Part shown: positions 9,785 through 16,129 of the stretch, one piece after another
Layout of the letters: each line of letters opens with the position of its first letter
Numbering within the stretch: the stretch's first letter is position 1
NCBI GenBank assembly: GCA_029881775.1
Contig: JAOULY010000001.1
Span: forward strand, 1 to 39,649
Reading direction: 5' to 3'
From: Gammaproteobacteria bacterium
GTDB lineage: Bacteria; Pseudomonadota; Gammaproteobacteria; UBA9214
DNA length: 39,649 nt
Made by a program: the position numbers and the translations under genes
Notes under the pieces: generated by a model
The model's database searches: none
Told to the model about the DNA's origin: nothing
The model's input: only the letters and a program-made list of their open reading frames with translations

Positions 9785-10390
9785 TTATTCCGGGAAATAC
9801 ATCAGGTCGCGGTCCAGTGAGTAGGTCCACGGTAGGCCGGAGTTTTTCCAGCCGTTGACCACGCGCATGCCCTTGGTCTCGGGGTCCTTCGACTTGTCGC
9901 CCTCGTAACCATCCACCACGCTGTAAACTTTCGTATAGCCCGCATCGGCAAGCTTGTTCACAGCCGAAGCGCTGCGCTTGCCCGAGCGACACATCAGAAT
10001 CACGGTGTCTTCCTTTGTCAGGCCCTTTTTCTTTAGCCGTGCTTCAACATCTGCTACGAAGTTCTTGTTGTCAGCGCGTTTGTAACGGTGTTTCTTGTCA
10101 TCCCAGCCGGAAATATCCATCAGCACGAACGGGACATGTGCATCCATAATGGTCGCGGCACCCAGGTAGTTCAGCTCGGATGGCGTGCGAATGTCGAGGA
10201 ACAGTGTTTTGTCCATGTTGGCTATGGTGTGATCGTAGGCCTGTTGCGCGGTCATGTAGAGGCCGAGCTTTGTCTTTTTCTTCTCGTGTAATCCGGACCA
10301 GTCATCCGCGGCAATACCGGATGTACTGATGGTGAGTGCGGTCAGGCAGAAAAGCAGCCGCGTAAAATAGTTTCTTGCATCAAGTTTCAT
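9785..10390 (-). CDS. periplasmic single-domain rhodanese (sulfurtransferase)
   Basis: Start moved to ATG 10390, which has AGGAGG 6 nt upstream. Signal peptide MKLDARNYFTRLLFCLTALTISTSGIAA. Rhodanese active-site loop CRSGKRS. Confidence 0.8.
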   Translation of the reverse strand: MKLDARNYFTRLLFCLTALTISTSGIAADDWSGLHEKKKTKLGLYMTAQQAYDHTIANMDKTLFLDIRTPSELNYLGAATIMDAHVPFVLMDISGWDDKKHRYKRADNKNFVADVEARLKKKGLTKEDTVILMCRSGKRSASAVNKLADAGYTKVYSVVDGYEGDKSKDPETKGMRVVNGWKNSGLPWTYSLDRDLMYFPE

Positions 10391-10418
10391 GTTAAACCTC
10401 CTGGTGAAATAATCCTGT

Positions 10419-11075
10419 TCAGGATAATAAGAAATCGTTATCTGCAATCCGTTGGCAATGAATGTTTTGCCTGTCGCGCCAGCCGCTTTCAGCAGGTAGA
10501 TACCAGTTACGCTGGCTGCGTTTGTAGGGCGGTATGAAGAAGTCCAGCATGCTGCATTGCTTGCTTAGCGCGCGCAGTGCATGAATGTTGCCCTGTTCAG
10601 GCAGTAATGCTGCTGTGTCGCCAGCCTGCAGTGTGCGCCGGGATACGCGTTGCAGGACGCGGTCATGTTCGTCCTTGCCGCTTACGTCATTGAAATGCCA
10701 GACTTCAAGCGTGCCGCTGAGGACGCGCAGCATGCCGGTTGCCCCCGGGTGATCGTGCAACGGCACATCTTGTCCCCGTTCCACGTGCAATATGCCGCCC
10801 TGCAGGCCGTTTTCGTTGGCGAGTCGCTGCCACAGCCAGAAGCGGTTGCCCGATTCCCAGGTATTTTCCACTGCATCCCTGAAACCCGCCGAGTCGACAT
10901 CCAGGTGTTGCAGGGACTGCAGGCCCTGTTCCGCAATCGATGCGGGCGTGCAGGTGTCATTGTCGTAGGCATGCGCGAGCCGGTACATTTGTTGAAGAAA
11001 TGCCTGCCAGTCGGCTGAACCCGGTTGCGACAATGCGATGCCGGGGAGCAGCGGACTGCCCAGCATTGCCAGCAA
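10419..11075 (-). CDS. cupin-fold thiol (cysteine) dioxygenase-like protein, probably exported
   Basis: Cupin motif LHDHPGATGMLRVLSGTLEV parallels the cysteine dioxygenase motif IHDH..(8)..LxGxLxE. The second motif is GNIHALRAL. The track start is TTG 11075. The frame stays open to 11108 and encodes KRRSLLL just upstream, so the true start may be CTG 11096 (AAGGGG lies 7 nt upstream). Confidence 0.6.
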   Translation of the reverse strand: MLAMLGSPLLPGIALSQPGSADWQAFLQQMYRLAHAYDNDTCTPASIAEQGLQSLQHLDVDSAGFRDAVENTWESGNRFWLWQRLANENGLQGGILHVERGQDVPLHDHPGATGMLRVLSGTLEVWHFNDVSGKDEHDRVLQRVSRRTLQAGDTAALLPEQGNIHALRALSKQCSMLDFFIPPYKRSQRNWYLPAESGWRDRQNIHCQRIADNDFLLS

Positions 11076-11098
11076 TAATGAGCGTCGCTTGATCAGCT

Positions 11099-12583
11099 TT
11101 ATGCCCCTTCAGGTGCCGGTGAACTCAAATCGCCGCGATCCCGCTGACTATCTGTTGCGCGCTCTTTCCTGTCGCCGGATTGACTGCGAAAGCGCTCAAA
11201 GTACTTGATGGTCAGTTCATCGTTGGCATGTGTCATCAGGTCACGGAAGCTGAAGCCGGTCAGGCGCATGCCACGTTTCACGCTCCAGACCAGCAGGCCC
11301 ACAATCAATATGCCATAGGCGATGCCGACCATGGCCTGTACAGTCGGATCGTGACCGAACATGTCGGGCACATGCTTGATCCTGGAGATCGTGGTGTCGC
11401 GCGCGAGGTCTTCCCAGAAATCGACATACAGCGTGTAGGGCAGGTAACCGAGCAGGAAGCCCGGGAAGGCAGCCACGGCCGTCATGTAGCCGAGGCCGAG
11501 ACGCATATAGGTGCGAATCTCGCAGCCGATCATGGCAACCGATCCGAATCCCTGGCAGGCGGCGCCCAGCAGCAGTATCCAGGTCGGATTCATGCCCAGC
11601 GGCAGCTTGATGTCGAAGTACTGCCAGCCGATCATGATGGCGCCCCATAACATCAGGATTTCGATAAAGATTGCGGTAAACGGTGACATGGAGCGAAACA
11701 TCACGCGGGTGGAGCCGGGTATCAGCCATTTTTTCTCGAAGAAGTTTTCCTGGTGTTCCAGCCCCATGGAAACTTCGGGTGTCATGAAGGCGCACTCGGT
11801 ACCAAAGCCGGTCTTTGCCATGCCAATGCCGGCGACGATGCCGACCAGCAACAGCCAGATGGCGAGGCCCCAGCCGATGGAACTGATTGCGTAGTTCCAG
11901 CCGAACAGGCCGTCTTCGGTTCCGTAGACAAACGAGCCCACGATGGCGTTCATGAAAAATGCAAACATCAACACCAGGATCGAAACGCGCAGCCAGTCGC
12001 GCCGCGGGTTGTAATCACGACTTGCTACACAGGCGCGTCCGTCCAGCTCCATCTTGCCGCCAACCTTGCAACCGTATTCAGCGGTGGCCCGGTTTTCCTG
12101 GCCCTTGAAGACATAGCCGATGCGCATCTTGCTCATCAGGTAGAAGGTGAGGAATCCGGCAGGCAGGATGGTCGTCAGGTACAGCAGCGATGCGGTGGAC
12201 ATCGACGGCAGGCCGCCGAGGAAGTGGTGCGTGGTACAGCCGTGCGCCAGGCGTGTTCCGAAGCTGAATACAAAGCCGCCGACAAAGGCCAGCACCAGTT
12301 CCCTGGCAGGATACTTTACCCATCCCCGTGATTCGCGTTCGGCACGTGCAACCAGCCATGCGCCGACCACGACGCCGATAATGATCCAGTGTACGTTCGG
12401 ATCATATGCGCGCGACCACCAGTCAATGCCGGGTGCGACGGTTTGCTCCAGGGCTGCCGTCATTTCCACCAGGCCGGTCGTCAGGCCGATGGGTTTCTCC
12501 AGCACGATATAGTTCATGATTTCGGCTACGCCGACAAACACGCCGCTGATCCAGAATGGCCACTGTTTTCGCAGGCTCAACAT
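11099..12583 (-). CDS. YeeE/YedE-family sulfur-compound (thiosulfate-type) transporter, two-domain form
   Basis: 494-aa polytopic membrane protein with YeeE/YedE-style Cys-containing re-entrant motifs (LAHGCTTHHFLGG, GFGTECAF, MIGCEIRTY). AAGGGGGGA SD precedes the ATG. It carries a Cys-containing central insert and a charged C-terminal tail. Confidence 0.75.
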   Translation of the reverse strand: MLSLRKQWPFWISGVFVGVAEIMNYIVLEKPIGLTTGLVEMTAALEQTVAPGIDWWSRAYDPNVHWIIIGVVVGAWLVARAERESRGWVKYPARELVLAFVGGFVFSFGTRLAHGCTTHHFLGGLPSMSTASLLYLTTILPAGFLTFYLMSKMRIGYVFKGQENRATAEYGCKVGGKMELDGRACVASRDYNPRRDWLRVSILVLMFAFFMNAIVGSFVYGTEDGLFGWNYAISSIGWGLAIWLLLVGIVAGIGMAKTGFGTECAFMTPEVSMGLEHQENFFEKKWLIPGSTRVMFRSMSPFTAIFIEILMLWGAIMIGWQYFDIKLPLGMNPTWILLLGAACQGFGSVAMIGCEIRTYMRLGLGYMTAVAAFPGFLLGYLPYTLYVDFWEDLARDTTISRIKHVPDMFGHDPTVQAMVGIAYGILIVGLLVWSVKRGMRLTGFSFRDLMTHANDELTIKYFERFRSQSGDRKERATDSQRDRGDLSSPAPEGA

Positions 12584-12620
12584 GAGTATCCCCCCTTGCG
12601 TCCGTTACGGACTTCTGGAA

Positions 12621-12884
12621 TCAGCAGCCGCCTTCCTCGGAAATTCGAACGACGATCTTCTCGAACTTGCGCCAGGCATCCATGTTTTCGGCGTCCTGCT
12701 TGATGGCGTTGCGGTAGGCTTCCAGTGCCAGTGACAGCTTGCGCTTCTTGGTCAGCAGGTCACCCTTGGTCATGCAGTCGTCAAATGACGAGCAGTCAAC
12801 CTGGAATTCCTTGGTGTATCCGGGTTGCGCGAGTGCAATTCCGGTAATCAGCAGTGTGGCTGACATTGTTCGGATCAATGACAT
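12621..12884 (-). CDS. small secreted protein ending in Gly-Gly-Cys
   Basis: 87 aa. AGGAGA SD lies 5 nt upstream. Signal peptide MSLIRTMSATLLITGIALA. The mature part is about 66 aa with one TPR-like helix pair, and the last residues are ...EEGGC-stop. It sits 37 nt upstream of yeeE-like. Confidence 0.6.
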   Translation of the reverse strand: MSLIRTMSATLLITGIALAQPGYTKEFQVDCSSFDDCMTKGDLLTKKRKLSLALEAYRNAIKQDAENMDAWRKFEKIVVRISEEGGC

Positions 12885-13090
12885 GGTCTATCTCCTGTGA
12901 TAATGCCGGTCGTCTCGTCACGGGCGAGCAGCGGTCAGAAAAGTCTAGGGGGGCGATGGGTGCTGTTTATTGATGGATATCAATTGAAGGCAAAAAGCGC
13001 ATCGCTTAAAAACAATATTATTCGGGGGGGATTGGTGCTGATGAAGGTAGCCCCCACCTGGCAGGCAGGCGGGGGCAGGGTATTGCGAGG

Positions 13091-13699
13091 CTAGAAACGT
13101 GCCCGTCGGTCAGGATAAAACAATTCCCGGAAATGATTGCGGTAGTGGACCACGGCACTGTTGCCGCCGGCCTTAACGTCAAATATTTTCCAGTCTCCTT
13201 CACGCCGGTAGAAGCGGAACTCGAGACGTGTCGGAATGCCGTTCGGCTGCATAATCCAGGCGCTGACACGGACATCGTTGCCGCCTTGGCCGCGCGGTGT
13301 GAAATAGCGGATTTCCTGGTTGGTATAGGTGACCAGTTTCTCGGCCAGGGTGTTCATAAAGGCTTGTTTCAGCTTGCTTTGTACGGCAGCACGTTGTTGC
13401 GGCGACATGCGACGCCAGGCCGGGCCGGCTGCCCAGCGGGTCATGTACTCGAAGTCGAAATAGGGTTCGATCTCGGTCGCCATGAATGCCATGGCCTGTT
13501 CACTATTCTGGGCGCGTCCGCTTTTGATGAAGCGCTGCAGCTTGCCTATGCCGTCTTTTACAATCGCACCGGGATGCGTTGAAACGGCTTTATCCGGTGA
13601 CGGGCCACGGTAATAACCCGGGCCATAGGGCGTTGCATTGACGGTTTGTGACAGTGTGGTTACCAGCAGGAGAAATACGGCCAGGGTCTTCGCTTTCAT
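13091..13699 (-). CDS. MlaC/Ttg2D-like periplasmic phospholipid-binding protein
   Basis: 202 aa with a signal peptide (MKAKTLAVFLLLVTTLSQTVNA). The MlaC-like pattern is IEPYFDFEYMTRWAAGPAWRRMSPQQR...WKIFDVKAGGNSAV. AGAGGT SD is present. Confidence 0.65.
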   Translation of the reverse strand: MKAKTLAVFLLLVTTLSQTVNATPYGPGYYRGPSPDKAVSTHPGAIVKDGIGKLQRFIKSGRAQNSEQAMAFMATEIEPYFDFEYMTRWAAGPAWRRMSPQQRAAVQSKLKQAFMNTLAEKLVTYTNQEIRYFTPRGQGGNDVRVSAWIMQPNGIPTRLEFRFYRREGDWKIFDVKAGGNSAVVHYRNHFRELFYPDRRARF

Positions 13700-13726
13700 G
13701 GCTACCTCTGTAATTTTTCCGGGTTG

Positions 13727-13770
13727 AAAAAAAAAGAACGGCAGGCGGTGAAATCACGCGCCTGCCGTTC
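13727..13770 (-). terminator. rho-independent terminator of the Gly/Tyr-rich protein gene
   Basis: Hairpin GAACGGCAGGCG-N11-CGCCTGCCGTTC at 13736-13770. On the minus strand it is followed by a U9 tract (A-run 13727-13735). Confidence 0.7.
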
Positions 13771-13876
13771 TGTTTTATACAGTAGAGGGCCGGGTGTTAC
13801 CACCCGGCCTTAAGTCTTGCACATCCGTGTGCAGCAACGTCCGTGTTGATCCTTTATTTCCTGCAGGGAGCGGGGC

Positions 13877-14284
13877 TTACTCGCTCTTGGCTGCCGGTGC
13901 AGCCGGAGCTGCTGGTGCTACGGGTGCGCCGTAAGGGGCGTAGCCGTAGCCCGGGTAACCACCGTAGCCATAGCCCGGATAGCCACCGTAGCCGTAGCCC
14001 GGGTAACCGTAACCATAACCCGGGTAGTAGCCACCATAGTGACGGTTATAGCCTCTGCCATAGCCGGAACCACGACCACTGCCGCGGCCGCTGAAGTTCA
14101 TGCCGAAGCTGCCGTCCATGTCGCCATCACCCCAGCCATCACCCCAGCCGTCATTGCCCCAGCCGTCATTACCCCAGCCGTTGTTCCATGGACCCCAACC
14201 ACCCCAGGCGTGGGCGGAAGTCATTGGCAGTGCGGCCAGGCCGGCAATCGCTGCGGCAGCCAGTGTAACTTTCAGTGTCTTCAT
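13877..14284 (-). CDS. secreted Gly/Tyr/Trp-rich low-complexity structural protein, sulfur-globule-envelope-protein-like
   Basis: Start moved to ATG 14284 (GGAGGA SD upstream). Signal peptide MKTLKVTLAAAAIAGLAALPMTSAHA. The mature part is about 109 aa with 37 Gly, 17 Tyr and 7 Trp, arranged as GWGND/GWGDG and GYPGYGYG repeats with an AP-rich tail. This composition resembles the Sgp proteins of purple sulfur bacteria. Confidence 0.55.
   Translation of the reverse strand: MKTLKVTLAAAAIAGLAALPMTSAHAWGGWGPWNNGWGNDGWGNDGWGDGWGDGDMDGSFGMNFSGRGSGRGSGYGRGYNRHYGGYYPGYGYGYPGYGYGGYPGYGYGGYPGYGYAPYGAPVAPAAPAAPAAKSE
13940..14035. repeat. 24-bp coding tandem repeat (about 4 copies) inside the Gly/Tyr-rich gene
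   Basis: The units are GTAGCCGTAGCCCGGGTAACCACC / GTAGCCATAGCCCGGATAGCCACC / GTAGCCGTAGCCCGGGTAACCGTA / a degenerate fourth copy. A second set of 12- and 15-bp units (CCATCACCCCAG x2, CCGTCATTRCCCCAG x2) lies at about 14123-14185. Confidence 0.85.
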
Positions 14285-14493
14285 TTGCTTCTTCCTCCTG
14301 TGCAATATTGCAGTGTCAATTATAGACAAAAATATTTTGACGCTTCACCCGGTATCGATTATTGACCTGAGTCAATATCGCTCTTGAAACCTGGTTATAT
14401 TTTAATTCACGTATTATTACCCTGTAATTATTACGGTTACATAAGAGTATAGTTTGCACCTGTGACAGCTTGCGAGTCGTTAGGGATATTAAT

Positions 14494-15531
14494 ATGCATC
14501 TGATTGTATTTATTTTTTTACTGCTGCTATCCGGGGCCAGCGTCGCTGCACCGGATGGCAGGGGGTTGTACGTCGCGCACTGTTCTGCCTGCCATGGTGA
14601 CACAGGTCGGGGCGGTGTCGGTGTGCCGCTGGCGTTGCCAGCGTTTCTGGAGAGTGTCGATGACCACTTTCTTGCCCGTACGATTCGCCTCGGCCGGCCT
14701 GGCCGGGTTATGCCGGCTTTCGACAAGCTCAGTGATGCCCAGATAGAGGCAATTGTCAGGTATTTACGCAGTTGGTCAGATAAGCCTGCGCCGAAATACT
14801 CAATGGCAACAATCAAGGGAGATGCCAGGCACGGCGCTGAATTATTCGCCAAGCACTGTAAAACCTGTCACGGGGAAAACGGCACCGGCGGAAAAGGTAC
14901 CGGCGTGACATTTTCGCGCAGGCGCGAGTTGCCGATCATTGCGCCGGCCCTGAACAATTCCGGATTCCTTGCGGCAGCCTCGGATGAAATGATTCGCCAG
15001 ACCCTGCAACAGGGGCGTGAAGGTACACCGATGGGCTCGTTCCTGGTGCAGGGGCTGACTGAGCGTGATATCGATGATGTGGTCAGCTACGTGCGCTCAT
15101 TCGAGCAGCTGGAGCGGCGCGAGGTCACCAATGAAGCAAGGCATGAAGACAAGATCATCTCCATGGAATCGAGTTATTCCCTGCAAGAGACCGTGGACAA
15201 TCTCAAGGATGCAATTGTCAGCCAGAACTTTATCCTGATCAGGACGGACCTGCTTGAACACGGCCTGGTCAAGGAGGGTGAGGAAAACCCCAAGCAGGTT
15301 ATATTGCATTTTTGCAATTTCAAGTTTCTGTTTGAAGCACTTACGGTCGACCCGCGTGTCGGCATGTTTTTGCCTTGCCGTGTGACAGTCACGGAGACCG
15401 ATGCCGGCGTCACCGTCAGCACGATTAACCCGAAGTATATGAGTCATTTATTCAACAACGCGGAACTCGATCAATTCTGCAACAGGATGACCGAGGTTTA
15501 CCGGGCGATTATAGAGGATGCCACGTTATGA
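14494..15531 (+). CDS. periplasmic dihaem cytochrome c fused to a C-terminal DUF302-like domain
   Basis: Start moved to ATG 14494 (MHLIVFIFLLLLSGASVAA signal). It has two class-I haem sites, CSACHG and CKTCHG. The C-terminal roughly 125 aa (SLQETVDNLKDAI...ILHFCNFKF...MFLPCRVTVTE) follows the DUF302 pattern. Confidence 0.7.
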   Translation: MHLIVFIFLLLLSGASVAAPDGRGLYVAHCSACHGDTGRGGVGVPLALPAFLESVDDHFLARTIRLGRPGRVMPAFDKLSDAQIEAIVRYLRSWSDKPAPKYSMATIKGDARHGAELFAKHCKTCHGENGTGGKGTGVTFSRRRELPIIAPALNNSGFLAAASDEMIRQTLQQGREGTPMGSFLVQGLTERDIDDVVSYVRSFEQLERREVTNEARHEDKIISMESSYSLQETVDNLKDAIVSQNFILIRTDLLEHGLVKEGEENPKQVILHFCNFKFLFEALTVDPRVGMFLPCRVTVTETDAGVTVSTINPKYMSHLFNNAELDQFCNRMTEVYRAIIEDATL

Positions 15532-15983
15532 AGCGGCGCTTGCTATTGCTGTTTGCAGTCTTCATCTTCCAGCATACGCAGTTCGTGGGTGCGGAACAGA
15601 TCATTATGACGCGCTCCACGCTGCCGTTCCCGGAAGCCATGCTGGCGCTGCAGGAATCAATTCGTGACCACGGCTACACGGTCTCCCGTGTACAGCGGAT
15701 TGATATCGGCCTGACCGGAATGGGCTACAAGACAGATAAATACCGTATCGTATTCGCCGGCAAGATCGATGAAATACGGGAAATGACCCGGCGCTCTCCA
15801 CAGCTTGCTGCCTACCTGCCACCGAAAATTTCCATTTTTGCTGAAAGCGGGCACACGGTGCTTGTTTCCATGAACCCGGAAATTTTTGCAGAAATAGCCG
15901 GGGATGCGATCGACCCGGTTATTTTTGATCGCTGGAGCAGTGACCTGCGCTCGATATTTCACGACGTTAATACGGCCAATTAG
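15528..15983 (+). CDS. secreted DUF302-like protein
   Basis: 151 aa. ATGA start/stop overlap with the upstream gene. It has a signal peptide, and the pattern YRIVFAGK...YLPPKISIFAESGHTVLVSMNPE parallels the C-terminal domain of the upstream protein. Confidence 0.6.
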   Translation: MKRRLLLLFAVFIFQHTQFVGAEQIIMTRSTLPFPEAMLALQESIRDHGYTVSRVQRIDIGLTGMGYKTDKYRIVFAGKIDEIREMTRRSPQLAAYLPPKISIFAESGHTVLVSMNPEIFAEIAGDAIDPVIFDRWSSDLRSIFHDVNTAN

Positions 15984-16011
15984 CCGTACGCGGAGTTGTT
16001 GCTTAAAAGGC

Positions 16012-16038
16012 AAAAAAACGCGGACCAAGGAGTCCGCG
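16012..16038 (-). terminator. putative rho-independent terminator of the Sel1/ankyrin operon
   Basis: Stem CGCGGAC/GTCCGCG (7 bp, 6-nt loop). On the minus strand it is followed by U7 (A-run 16012-16018). It lies about 90 nt past the stop codon. Confidence 0.45.
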
Positions 16039-16129
16039 AAGTGTGGGAGTCGGTGGGCGTTCGCCCGAAGAATCTATCCTGGTAGAGATTCAAGCATTAG
16101 CCGTTCATTTTGTCATTGATGTAAATCAA

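Noticed and set aside
11241-12359. Alternative-frame ORFs (93-192 aa, both strands) within the yeeE-like gene
   Set aside because: They are Arg/His/Gly-rich shadow frames. The 11099-12583 frame gives a coherent polytopic membrane protein with a strong SD.
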